A stretch of DNA of 64,000 nucleotides from Paraspadella gotoi (GCA_051294375.1 CM119271.1:11997620-12061619), one strand, 5' to 3'; positions 36,140-50,173 are shown, numbered from the stretch's first letter. Notes: generated from the letters alone by a model not told the origin. Program-made: numbers and translations.

Positions 36140-39100
36140 TCACCACTCGCCCCCCTCTCCGCCTCCGCCTCCCCCTGGCGGCGTGGGCGGTCTCGCGCTT
36201 TCCTTGTCCACGGTCCGCCGCAGCGTTGCGAATATCTCCTTGAAGAGTTCCTTGTACTCTGGCGGTGAATGATCGAAACCGTAGTCGGTGGGGTCTCTGC
36301 CCTGTTCGAGCCCGGTGACGATTAAAGAGCGGCACTGACGTTTCTTGGCGTTGGAGGATCTGAGAACCGGCGGCGCCGCTTCGAGGCGGGCGGCGTCGCG
36401 GCCCGGCGACGGGTCTTCGTCGGCGTCGCTCGATTCCAAAAATGACGGCTCCGTCTGGACGCTACGAGACACGGCGCCGTCGAGGTCCTGGACGAGGTTG
36501 CCGAGACCGCGAGGTTGGGCGGCGTCGGTGACGTCCTCCGGCGACGACGAAGACTTCTCCGCTTCCTTCTGTTTCAAGAGAGTCTCGTACTTTTGAATGA
36601 GGACGGCGTACTGCGTCCCCAACTCGGACATGAGGGACTCGGGCCCCAATTCCGTCGTCGCGCGGAGGACGGTCGAGGCGGCGTCGATGTGGATCGAGTC
36701 GATCTGTGAGAGAGAGAGAGAGGAAGAGAGAGGAAGAGAGAAAGAAATAAAAAAGAGAGAGAGAGAGAGAGAGAGAAACAAAAAAGAGAAAGAGAGAAAA
36801 ATAAACAAAAAATAGAGAGAGAGATAAACGAAAAAAATAGAGAGAGATAAACGAAAAAAATAGAGAGAGAGAAACAAAAAAGAGAAAAAGAGAAACAAAA
36901 AAGAGAGAAAGAGAGAGAGAAACAAAAGAGAGAAAAAGAAAAAAAGAAAAAGAGAGAGAAAGAGAAAAAGAGAGAAAAAGAGAAATCTCTTAAATAATTA
37001 ATTTAAAAGTTACTGTCATGTAAACATTATTCAAAGTCCCGATTCCAAATCGATTAGTCTGTGGCGCCTGACATCCCCATCGTTAAGACAACCTCATTGG
37101 CTAAGAGGACGACTTCCCTCTGCGTTGGCAAAGCGAGACCGTCCAAGGGTAACCGCGGCGCCACTGAGGGTCGGAAGGGCCAAAAGTCATCAGCAAAAGC
37201 AATAAGTGACAAAAGTAGCAACCTTCGTTCGCTTAGACAAACGCGTATGCCCTGCTAACTTCAGGTACGCTACGACAAATGCTTATGACCCTCTTCCTCT
37301 CTCTGTCTCTCTCTCTCTCTCTCTCTCCACACACACACCTGATTCCCCGGTTCCTCCATCGGCGAGACGATGGCGATCTTATTAAGCGACTCTCTGCTGC
37401 CATAGGCGCTGCCTCCGTGCTTGAGCCGGACGACGACGCGATCCTTGACGCCGATGACTTCGTCGACGTCGTCGCACTCCGCCTCTTCCTGGATCCGCAT
37501 CGTCAAGCATCGACGGCAGGCGTCCTCCAACGCCGCGCCGCACTCGCGACAAGATAGGGCCTTGGCGCCGTCGACCGGCGCCGCGGTCTCGAAGCTCACC
37601 GTTTTCGTCGCCGTTTGTCTCCGATTCGACGATCGCCGCTCCTTCGAGTCGGCGTCATCGGCGTCGTCCGTTTGGGCGCCTTGAGACGCCATCTTGGATC
37701 GCAGCGCCTCCAAATTCAACCGGAGCGTCTTGTTCTCCTCCATGAGGCTGCAGACGAAGGAGTCGTTCTCTTGCCGCTCCAACTGCCGATTTTTCTCGGC
37801 GAGGGTTAACTGGAGGAGCAGACGATCCGTCTCCTCTTGAAGGGCCTTGCACGTGAGATCTTGATTGAATCGAACCTGAAACGAGCGGGGGGGGGGGGGG
37901 CACACTGCCTGATTTTTCAAAAAGACCTCCAGGTTAACGCCCTGCTCCTTCCTCCGTCCGCCTATCTCCTACACACTCCTGATTTTTCAAAAAGACCTCC
38001 AGGTAACGCCCTGCTCCTTCCTCCGTCCGCCTATCTCCTACACACTGCCTGATTTTTCAAAAAGACCTCCAGGTTAACGCCCTGCTCCTTCCTCCGTCCT
38101 CATATCGCCTACACACTGCCTGATTTTTCAAAAATATCTCCAGGGTAACGCCCTGCTCCTTCCTCCGTCCGCCTATCTCCTACACACTGCCTGATTTTTC
38201 AAAAAGACCTCCAGGTTAACGCCCTGCTCCTTCCTCCATCCGCCTATCCGTTTAGGGAATAAAAGAATCCATGATGGATTGGTAGAATATGTTAATCATT
38301 TGTTAAGCCCTCTTTGCTCTTTTGTGTCTCTGTCCTTAGGATTTTTTGTATTTTGTATTTTGCCTCTCTCTCTTTCTCTCTCTCTCTTACTTTCTGACTT
38401 TTTATATTATTTTAACTCTGGAATGCCTTGAAAAATGATTCGTCCATAAGAATCGAAATATTGGCAAATAAAAAAAAAAATGAACTTGTAAATCGTACTT
38501 CGAATTGCTTTATACTAAAATATGTTAATCATTTGTTTTCCCGAGCTAATTAAAAGTTTGAACAGCGAAAAATGACGTCCTCAAATTATATGACAATAGG
38601 TCCGAGGTTCAGCTTAATCGAGTGTCTTCCACGAGCCAGTTTAATCATCTCCCGCCAACCTTTTTAACCATCTTCCACGAAATTGTTCTCGTGTCTCCCA
38701 TAAATCTATTTCACCGTGTCTCTCTCATAATCACTATCCACCGAGAACCAAACCTATTTAGCTGTCTCTCACAAACCTATTTCACTGTCTCTCACAAACC
38801 TATTTAACACTCCCTCTTACTTATTAAAACTGTCTCTCACACAAACCTATTATTTCTCGCAAACCTGAGTTTCTCACAGACCTATGTAACCTTCTCCCAC
38901 AGACCTATGTAACCTTCTCCTACAGACCGATGTAACCTTCTCCCACGAACCTGTTTGACAGTCTCCTCCGCCGTTTCCGTCTTCTCCGTCCCCTTCTCCT
39001 TGAGCGATTCGTCCAGCTTCTTGATCTGCGCCTCGAGGGCTTCGACCCGGACCTCGCTCGCCTCCAAAGAAGTCGTCAATGCCGCGATGGCCTCTTTGTC

Positions 39101-39957
39101 GCTCAGACTCTGACTACGAAGTCTCCTATTCGCTTCCTCCAGATCTTGAGCGTTGGTGTCAACCTTTTTTTTTTGATAAGAAATAAAGGAAGAATTACAT
39201 CGATAATAAATTACAATTATTTAGGGTAGGGGGTATTGAACGAATGAATTGGCGTGGGGGGGGGAACAATCGATCCATTTGTAATTAATACAGATCTTTT
39301 CATTGTTGCAAACCATATCCTTCCTCACCATTGCTCGACAATTTCGAAGGGGATGTGACAAAAATATTTTCTTTTTCCTCCCTTTTCCTCTCTTCAGATG
39401 TCCTCCATACCTCATTTCGTCTTGGGTTCGACAATGGTCGACATCTCTCTCCACTTTCCATTCTCATTATTAATAGAGAGACAAGAAATGCTTAGTACTT
39501 CTTGTCGTTTTCCGAAACTTTTACCTTCCTCCCCCTTTTTCTTTATTTTATCTTTGATCCTTTACTTAGAATTCATCCTTTCTTCTCTTTTCTCTCGTCT
39601 CTTCTCCTCCTCTTCTTTTCTCTTCTCTTCTCCTCCCCTTTCCCTCCCCCCTTCCTCTTCTTCTTCTCCCACCTGCTCGTACATCTTCATTCTCGTCTCG
39701 TTCAGACTCCGCAGCGTCGCCAATTTCTGCGTCAGGAACTGATTCTCCGCCCGCAGCTCCTGCGCCGCCGCTTCCGCCTCCGCAGCCTGCGCCTCCAGCT
39801 CCTGGTTGCGTTCGAGGAGAGCCTTGCCCAACTCGGCGGCCAACTGGAGATCGTACTCCCACCATTCCATGTCCGAGTTGGGCGAGAGAAGCGGAATGGC
39901 GCCAACCGAGGCCGGCGCCGTCACCGGCGCCGTCACTTCAGTTTCGTAGATCTCCAT
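36140..39957 (-). CDS. CDR2: Cerebellar degeneration-related protein 2-like coiled-coil dynein adaptor
   Basis: Four coding exons. CC1-box DLQLAAELGKALLERNQELE, then KMYEQ/VDTNAQDLEEANRRL, SLMSELGTQYAVLIQKYETLL and the C-terminal PPEYKELFKEIFATL typical of CDR2/CDR2L. Confidence 0.88.
37901..38250. repeat. ~70-bp tandem repeat, 5 copies
   Basis: CACACTGCCTGATTTTTCAAAAAGACCTCCAGGTTAACGCCCTGCTCCTTCCTCCGTCCGCCTATCTCCTA, contiguous with no spacers. Confidence 0.95.
39222..39360. repeat. Local ~140-bp duplication of ZSWIM8 intron 2 and the end of exon 2 (source 33810-33946), inside CDR2 intron 1
   Basis: Near-identical sequence TAGGGTAGGGGGTATTGAACGAATGAATTGGCGTGGGGGG...CTCACCATTGCTCGACAATTTCGAAGGG.ATGTGACA at both positions. 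Confidence 0.92.
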
Positions 39958-40717
39958 CGCGCGGCGCCTCCTCTGAGTCTGCGGGTTGGGTCGTGTGGTC
40001 AAAGGATCGCAACGCGGCGCCGCATTTTTGTTTTTTTCGGTTTCGTTCGTTTCTTATTTTTTGGACTCTGAAAAAAAACAAAAAAACAAAAAGACAAAAC
40101 GGTTGGCACAGAAGACGAGGTTTCGACAACGAACGCGTGATTTTTCTGACCCGATTTCGCGACGAGTTAAATGAAAAATAGAATAAAAAAAACGTTTAAT
40201 CATAATCACAGATGAACAGTGAAAAGAAAGGAAACTAAGACTCCCCTCCCCCGCACGGCGTTAATCTTCTGCACAATTTCAAAACTAAGATGCGAACCCA
40301 TGACAGAACGTAAACCGAGAATCAGTCAATCAGTCAATCACATTGGGATCCCAAGGTTCTCACGGTTCGAAATCTACCAACCCAACTCTTTTCCGATAAA
40401 AAAATTTTGGTTCGAAAAGAAAAAAGAAACCAAATAACAAATGAGCATCGATTTCACATCATTAGTCACATCTCGATGGCGAGTCATTTATTTTTCTTCG
40501 AAGCTACGTAAGGCAGGTCGAGTATAAAAAATATCACCGAGATAAAACAGGGCTTTTCACATTGCAACAATTGATTTTTCGCCCAATTCATATTAAATCA
40601 TATTTTATAAATGGATTCGCGAGAGGTAAACTGAGTCCAATTTCAATCCCCCCCCACTAATCCTTCAATATCAATCTCTCCCCCCCACTAATCCTTCAAT
40701 TTCAATCTCCCCCGCCA

Positions 40718-43700
40718 CTAATCCTTCAAGCACAACCCCTTGAGCTCCTTGCTGATTTCTTCCTCCTTCTCCAGCTTGGTCAGTTGGTTGAGCTCGAGCG
40801 TCTTGCCGCCGGCCTTGGCCCTCCTCAATCCGTGGATCTCCCTCAGCTTCTTCTGCAGATTCTTGATTCTTTTGTCCTTCTCCGGCTCCCCGGTCAAAGC
40901 GCCGGGGCCCATGAAGGGCGACAACTCCTTGGGAGGGCCCGAGGGGGACGGGGCTGGATCCGCGGCGGCGGCGCCGTCGACGCCGTTGGCGGTCTCGAAA
41001 CCGCTCGTCTCTTCCGCCGCTTTTCTCGCTTTTTTCGCTTCTCGTTTCTTCGCGTTTTTCGTCAACTTTCCGTCGGTTTTCGCGCCGCCTATATCAATCA
41101 ATTGAATTATCAATCAATAAACAAATCAATCAATCGATAAATAAATCAAAACGTTTTAATCAATCTAATCACAATCAAAACCACATCACAAATGACAGAG
41201 AAAATAAAATAATCTATTTTTCTCATTCTTAGAATTGGCCCAAGGCCAAAAGTCAATCCAAGCATACAGGGAGGTTTTCGGTAAAAGTTTAAGTACTAAC
41301 AGCTCAAGAGCGGTTTAAGAATAAAAAAAAAAATCAAGACTATATCGGGAAACAACGATTTCCTTTTTTGATTGATACATAATTTTACCCAAAAATCGCC
41401 CTATTTACTCTTTTTCCATAACACGTTTAATTTTTCCGCGTTCTCTTGAAATTTTTTAACAAAAAGAGAGAAAAATAACGTCACCAGACACTCAGTTCTG
41501 ACGGAGATCACCGAAACTTAGATATCAGAGGCGCTCAAGTCAGAAATCAGACGGGTCTCCTTCCAATTTTCGAAATCGGTAGGAATGGAGACTTTCCTAC
41601 TGGGCGCGGTGGCTAAAGATTGCTCAAGTCTTCTCAGGGTGCTTGCAAAAGGTCCTTACAATCTTTCACAGTTGTATAAATTCTTAGTCTACTACGGTGA
41701 TATTTACCCATCCAAATGATTTTTTAAATATTTTCCGAAAAGAGCTGGACCTCCTTGTACTCATTACAGTGTAATTTACACGCACCGAATTTATAACTAT
41801 AGACACTTTCAGATTCCGTCGTGACTAGATAACCCCCCCCCCCGTCAAACCGGCGGGCGCGAGTTCTTCATCGTCGTGAAGCTTGAAGGAGCAAGCTCTG
41901 CCCTGAGCCATCGGAGGTCGATAAGCCTTGACGGTGGATTCGGCGGCGGCGGCGGCCTTGGTCCCGCTGGAGGGATGCCGGACGGGCTTTTCCTTGTAGA
42001 CTCCGGCTTTGGCGGGTTTCCATCGAATGTCCCACAATTCGAGATCGGGAAGAGTTTCCTGGAGAAGAGAAATTGTGAGGGGGAAATGTCAAAAAATCAT
42101 CGCATTTTTCGGGACATTTTTTCTTCTCCTCCCAACGATTTTCCATAGCTCCGCTTTTCTCTTATCACTTCCCTAAGTTCCCCCCCCCAAGTCTTCCTCT
42201 CACTTCCCGACCCTTTTCTCTCACTTCCCTACCCAAACCCCCCCCAGCCCTTCCCCCCTCCTCCAACCTGATGTATACAAGTTCCGTCGTAGTGCCAGAC
42301 TTTGTATCCGTTTCCGACGCGAAGCCTGGGCGCCGTGGTGGCGGTGAGGACGTGAACGCCGTCCGGCGCCCACTCGCAGAACGTCGAATCCGGCGCCTTG
42401 GGGTTGGAGACGAGGCGCTTCTGACGAACGTCCCAGAATTCCATGTTCCCGCGGAGATTGCCGAAGCCAGAGAGGAGGAGGAGGGTCCCCTGTTTTTTTT
42501 GTTTTGTTTTTGTTTTTTTTTTTTGTTTTTTTAAGAGAGAAAATGGGGGGAAAATGCCCGTAAAAGATCGACCGAAAATTAACGAATGAAAGGCGGGAGC
42601 GGCGGCGACTGACTCACGTGAGCGTTGAAGGTGCAAGTATTGCGCGGACCTCCGCCGAAATCGTGAATCGGCTCCGCCTTGTGATTGAAGAGTTTAGCTT
42701 TGGCCGGCATGAGACCGTAGACGACGCAGAATTCATTGGAGGTCGGCGACCAGGCCACGCTGTATACGGGGCCTGTCGATGAACGTGGGTGAATATGAAT
42801 ATGAGTTGAACAATAAGCTAACGAACCAAAGAGTTATAATCCAAGGCTGTTCAGTCATTAAATACAGAAGGCTTCATATTATAAAATGAGGTACCCCTTT
42901 TTTGTGACCAGAACTCGTTCCGAGAAAAATACTGGACCAAATTTATTGAAATTTGGAATGAACGATCCCTATGTGAATACAAATAGAAATATCGAGGCGA
43001 ATTTCAATAATTGACCCTCAGCCGAGATATGGGCCCCCGGGGGGTCACCCATTGTTTGGAACAGTTGCATAGATGTTTACTCTTCCACAAAAACGTAATT
43101 ATTACCACAAAAATATTGGTTTTCCTTAATTTTTTGCTTAATAAACATCAGCTGTTCAAGTCTTCCAACACTGCTTAATTATTAAAAATTTATCAATTTT
43201 AGTTCTAAAATGTTTTTTTCATATGTTTAAAACCGTCAATGAACCTGATTCTATTAAAAAAATTTTTTTTTTAAAATTTAGCCTTTTTTTATCTCTCAGG
43301 GCCCTGTATCTCTTGTCAGGGGTTGAATATCAAAATTTGCCTCGATAGTTCCATTTATTTTGCCATTAGAACTCTAAATGTAAAATTTCAAGAAATTCGA
43401 TCGGGTAGTTTGGTGGGAACAGATTCTGGTCACAAAAAAGGGGTACCTCATTTTATAATATGAAGCCTTCTGTAAATAGCAATATAGCCACCCCCCCCCA
43501 TACCCTGTTTGTCGAGCTCAACGTTGCAACCCTCTCCGTTGGTGGCGACGTAATGCAACGCCTGGTCGCCCATGTACGATTCTCTAGAGACTTCGACGCT
43601 CGTGACGACGAGCAGCGCCGTCCCGCGTCGATTCCATTTCATCTCCACCGAATCCGCGCGGAAGAAACTCTTCTGAGCCACGGCGGCCGAATGTCCGCTC

Positions 43701-46569
43701 AGGTTGGGGTATTTGTAGAGGCGGACAAAGGAGGGGGAACCCTTCGTGCCTGTCGGAGAGGGGGAGGTGAGAGGGTAAGAGATTGGGGAGAAGGGCGAGT
43801 TGGGAGGGTGAAGGGTAAGTGGGTGGAAGGAGTTTAAGAACGAAGTTATGAAAAGATAAACAAGTTCAGTCCATCCAATGTGTTGCGCCGCAGTGACTTT
43901 TTTTTACATGTATTTCCTTATGATAAAATGACTATAGGACTATGAAATTTATGTATAACAAACGTCCTATGGTTGATGACTACTCTGCAAAGTTTTATTT
44001 CAAACAACCAGATATTACATGAAATATGCTGCATTTATTTTATGAAATATGCTGCATTTATTTTATGATCACGTGACCATAGTTTTGTCAGGACACGTGA
44101 CTACACAAGTATGAAACATATGCACAAAAAGCATTAAGTAATGTCTTACCAGTCTGCCAAATATTAACTAAAATAACTTTCGAAGCCCATGTATTTATGA
44201 CATGCACTGCATCGGAATTCAGGCTTTTATTCTTTAATATTTCAGGATTTCCTCAAGGCGCCGCTAGCAGTTCCTTAGCTTTGCGGTTTTTTCTATCTTC
44301 GGGGCTTCTCTAACATACTGTTTAGATCTTCTTTATTTTGTAAAATCACTTCTGATTACTCTTTAATCTGCTGTCCAATATACTGTTATCTAATTTGAAT
44401 TCTGTAAAATCACTGTGGCCCATGATCCTCGGACCCGCTGTATGAAAAAATACAGACATTTTTAACGTAAGTGGGACAGACCGACTGACGGACCGACCGA
44501 AATGTGACTTATAGAGTTGCTCCACGAGTACTAAAAAGAAAAATGAACAAAGAGAAAAAAAAAATTCGTAAAAAGGAAAAGATCCAGTTTCGGACTTAAC
44601 ACCATACAATTGTCCAGATATTACTTTTAATATATCCCTCTGTTAGATTACTTTATCGTTTATATTCTCTTTCTATACTTTTTTTCATTTCACCTCTTCC
44701 TCATTCTCATCTTTGTGTCTGCCTCATTTCTAATTGGATCTCCGAAAACACGTAATTCGCATGATAGAACATTTTTCCATAACGAATTCTACTCTAATCT
44801 TCTACTCTTATCCTAAACCTGGAACGTATGAAGCGACGCTGGGAGGATTGAGGTGCGGGGTGATGGCAAAGTCCACTGTCTTCTGGATGTGAAGTTTGGC
44901 TGAAGTTCGACTGAAGTCGTTGTCCTCGAAGAAGTTGAGCTCGAAACTCGAATTCGTCCTTAAGAATGATTAGAAAAAGATATATTGATAAAAATTCATT
45001 TCTCAAAGACTATTGATGGAAAATGATTATATAGTCAAAGACGATTGTGAGGCAGATCGACTAAAAGCTGTCTTACCATAGTCTATCCTTAGCCTTGCCT
45101 AAAGGGCTAAGCAGGCTAAATCATCCCAACAGTGTGCCAGGGGTTAATACCCGGTTCTGGCTTAAATGAAACGGGGCTGGATTAAACATGACAGCAAGAT
45201 GGCGAGTCACTCGCGCCTTGCTAATCCAAGTATCCTCACGTAACCATAGTTAATAGATAGTTGACAGCACATTGTCTGTAAATGATTGGTCAAAGATTAT
45301 TGATAGAAAATTATTGGCCAAAGAGCATTGATAGAAAATGATTAATCAAAGATTATTGTTAGAAAATGATTGGCCAAAGAGCATTGATAGTTTTCCCCTA
45401 ATCCCCCCTTCTACCAACTTGCAACAGATCTCCTCCTTCTCCGTCCAAACTGGTTCCCAATTGTGATGCTTCTTCTGTACGTAGGATTGCACGAGGTTTC
45501 CCGTCGCCACGTTCCACATCGTCAGATTCGGATCGCCTGGGACAAGAGGGAGAGATAGATGGGTCGTTAGAGCGATTCCTTTTCTCCCTCTCTCTCTTCC
45601 ACCTCTCCTTTCCTTTTCTTCGACTAGTCACTTAACTTTTATCCTCATTGAATCATAATCTTTACTGTCTCCTAAATATCGCGCGTCGCCCCAAAACATT
45701 AACCTAACAATTTTAGCCTAATAACATTAAACGTCATAATCATAAAGATAAGGTGCCTTGATCAATGATCATTACACAATGAATCCGGCAAACATCTCAT
45801 CCCCCATCGTGCATCAACTCCACCACCCATTCCCCTCCCATCTGACCCTTGGGATCCTTGGCGGCGACGGTGAACTGTTCCCAGAGGCAAAGGATAGTCC
45901 CTCTCGGCGAAAAGCAGATGAACTGAGTCTTTGGCATCTCCAGCGAGAGCAGCATCTGCCCGTTGGAGGTGTCGATCACGTTGACCTGCCAAGGTTTGTC
46001 GTTAGAAAGTAGCCATTCGACGTGACCCCGGTCTTTAACGATTTTTGAATTTTGTTTACAAAATGTTCAAACTTTTTAATTAAATAATATTTTTAAAGCC
46101 GATTCTGGGTAATTAAATATTGAAATGTGTTCGTGTTTTGCTAGTTTATCTTCGAAAACAAATTTTAATGACTAAATGAGAAACAAGATTTCATTACATG
46201 TATTTTTTAAAAAATTATATAACCTTAAATTACATTTAACCTACATTAATATATAAAAAAGTTTGCGCAATTTGAAAAAAGACCTTTTTTTCGGGGGGAA
46301 AAAAAAACCTAAGCCTTAGTTTTTTTTAAAAACCCCCGCGAAACCTGCTGGCCGTTGTGGTAAGCGAAGAGGGCGCCGTCGCCGCTGAAGGCGAAGACGC
46401 GGCAGAGCGGCGTCCGCTCCCCGGAGAAGGCGTGCGAGGACCGGAAACGAGGCTCCGTCGGGAAGGGTCCGTTGACGAGGAAGACGCCGTTGGCTCCGCG
46501 GGAGGCGAAACCGCAGACCGGCTCAGACTCGGGCCCGTGAGGCGAGGCGAGGGAACGGGACGACGCCAT
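40718..46569 (-). CDS. EIF2A: Eukaryotic translation initiation factor 2A
   Basis: Nine coding exons with FSPRGTILCLWE, KSFFRADSVEMKWNRRGT..SYMGDQALHY, GPVYSVAWSP..FCVVYGLMPAK, GFGNLRGNMEFWD, TATTAPRLRVGNGYKVWHY, AYRPP and the C-terminal KRIKNLQKKLREI..LELNQLTKL. Confidence 0.95.
42865..43472. mobile_element. Complete MITE (608 bp) with ~50-bp TIRs and TA target duplication (Tc1/mariner-type)
   Basis: TA-CAGAAGGCTTCATATTATAAAATGAGGTACCCCTTTTTTGTGACCAGAA at the left and its perfect reverse complement plus TA at the right. Confidence 0.92.
44440..44540 (+). mobile_element. Helentron/HINE-like end (related copies at ~33500-33540 and 57200-57290)
   Basis: GACC/GACA microsatellite followed by GAAA.GTGACTTATAGAGTTGCTCC.CGAGTACT and an A-run, recurring in three introns. 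Confidence 0.55.
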
Positions 46570-47147
46570 CGCGAGAAGAAAAATGGAGAGGGGGGGCGGG
46601 GTAAGGGAGAGGAAAGGCGACGGGAGGAGGGGGTCAGGGGGTCTCGACTCTTGACCCTCGAAAAAGCGGGAAACACGATCGATCGATGAAAAAAAAATGG
46701 TCGTCTACGGAAAATGTAAAAAGTTTGCTTCTTGACGAAGGAATATTTTGTTTTAAAAAAATAAACGGCCGTTGCTAGGATACGGATATTAAAAGCTCTA
46801 AAATAGATTGAATTAAAAAAAAAGAAACTTCATTTAACATTTGGAATGATCGAGACTCACATGATACGATTTCGCGAAAACCCAAAATACAATTAAGTCT
46901 GGAGGTAAAGGGAAACTTAATTTGTTTTTTTTCCCCCTCTTAGCCAAATAACCTTAAAATTGACATCTAAATTTCTCAAAACTAACATCAAGAAATTAAA
47001 AAGTCTACAACATCTAGAAAAGTTTTTCTTGAAAGATATTTAGTCTTAAATTTAAATCCAGAGTAGAGAAGCGACCAAGTCCCGACACCAGGGCGCGGCG
47101 TCGGGGTCCTCTCGAGGCGGCGCCAGCCAGATCTCGCCGTGGCGCGC

Positions 47148-48408
<1,261 letters not shown>

Positions 48409-50129
48409 CTCTGGACGATCGATTCCAAGTTTTTATTTAAGGTGGAGCGAGTTTTGGCGAAATAAAATCTCGTGGACTGAAAATGAAAAAAGGAAGATTG
48501 GAAACAAAGGCTTTGAGAGAAGGAGAAAGAGTGAGAGAGAAAAAAGAGCCAGAGTGAAAGAGAGAGCGAGAGACAAAGCGTGACTTAGTTTTGAAAGCGC
48601 ATTTTTATGATAAAAAAAAAGATTTCTTCAATTGGGCGAAAAATACGAAACAAAGAAGATTTTTAAAAAAATCGTCGGTCAAAGAAATTCAATCTGAAAT
48701 AATTATTCTAAAAAATAAAAAAAAAATTACACAAAGAAAAAGAATTTTTTAGAGTTTTTTCTCTTCCAAAATATTTCCATCCAATTGAGAATTTCTCAAA
48801 AGGGTCACCCCCCCCATTTGTTTTTTTTTTTTCACTATTTGACCATTCGGAGCCGAATCCTTTTTGATCAATTTTAAAAAGTTAATGCAGCTGGAAAAAA
48901 AAAGAGAAAGAGAAATAAAAAGGTCGAAAAATTCCGAGGATTTCGGGCAGAACACTTTCTCTCTCTCTTCCTCCTCCTCCTCCCCCCCACTTCTTCCACT
49001 TCAACACGAACAGGGTCCAACTCGGGAGAAAACATTCCATTGTTCAGCACGAATCAGTCTTAAAAATCCATTTGTCTGTATGTCCTCCCGTTCTCCTCTT
49101 CCTTCCCCCCTTCTCTTTCTTTTCTTTTCCCCAGCGATCGAGTCCCAGATTTCAACGTCGTCGTCGTCGTCGTCGTCGTCTTTTTCTTTCAATTCTAACC
49201 ATCGAACGCTTCGTCCGTGGACTTACGTGTCGAGAGAGAGAGAGAGATCCACTCGGCTTACGCTTTTTGTCCAGTGGAGGGCGTGCCGAATTATTCTCTT
49301 TCGGCCTGGCCCCGACCGCGCATAGTCGTTGCGCGGGTCCGGGTCGCGCAGTCGCTCATCCCCCCTTCTACTTTTAAGTCTTCTCATGTACAAACGAGTA
49401 CATATTGGCAAGCAAATGTTAACAAGTCAGTTTACTTGACTATCAACCATCGGAACTCACCCAGTTAATGCATTCACTATTCATGCACAAATTTCTTAAG
49501 CAACTGGAACCGTTAATTTATTATATTCAGAGGTTTTATAATTGCCAAACGAGTTTGCATCGTTTTAAAACTCATAATCTCAAATTGTGACTTTTTTAAG
49601 AGAAAAACGGTGTGATAGTTGACTTGAACGGAGTGCTGTTGTTGTTGTTATCCGTGTCGTGGACGTGGCGAATCCTGACCTTGCAAGTCGCCAATTAAAT
49701 CTCGACTCAACTTCTCTTCCTCATTCAAATCAGCTGGGAGAAAGATCCGACAACTACCTCTTTCTTCTTCTTCTCCTCCTCCTCTTCCTCCTCCTCTCTC
49801 TTTTTCAGATGTGGACACCATTTCAAATTCAAGTCAGCAGTTTTATTTTTTTTCTTGCCCATTGTCATTTCTTTTAATTTCCTTAATTTAACTTTATGAA
49901 TTATAAACTCGATCGAACAAGCCTATAATTGTAGTATAAACTTATTATCCTCAAATTGAAACCAATAGCAAAAAGATCTTTTGTTTCTGGTTACTTTGTT
50001 TTTAAGTTGGAAGGCCTTTATTTATAATATATACAATACATATATATAGTGTATTTATATTTATTTATAATCCTGTTTAAGCGAAAACAAAGTTTAGAGT
50101 TTGTACTACAACGATTTTTTATTTAATAT

Positions 50130-50173
50130 AAACAGACATGTTTCGACTCTTGTTCGAGCCTTCATCAGTGTTT
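50130..50173 (-). ncRNA. Minimal type I hammerhead ribozyme (minus-strand copy)
   Basis: Exact reverse complement of 50476-50519. Confidence 0.85.

Noticed and set aside
37901-38250. 70-bp arrays (also 28668-28947) as CRISPR-like
   Set aside because: Whole units are repeated, there are no variable spacers, and no cas genes are present.
40718-41090. PYM1-like C-terminus (KKLREI..LE.NQL.KL)
   Set aside because: It is the in-phase last exon of eIF2A, whose C-terminus carries the same motif.
41575-41605. RNase P/MRP RNA suggested by GGAAAGTCTCC
   Set aside because: The partner strand is only about 30 nt away and CR-IV/CR-V and the P2/P3 layout are missing. Kept only as an unassigned structured island.
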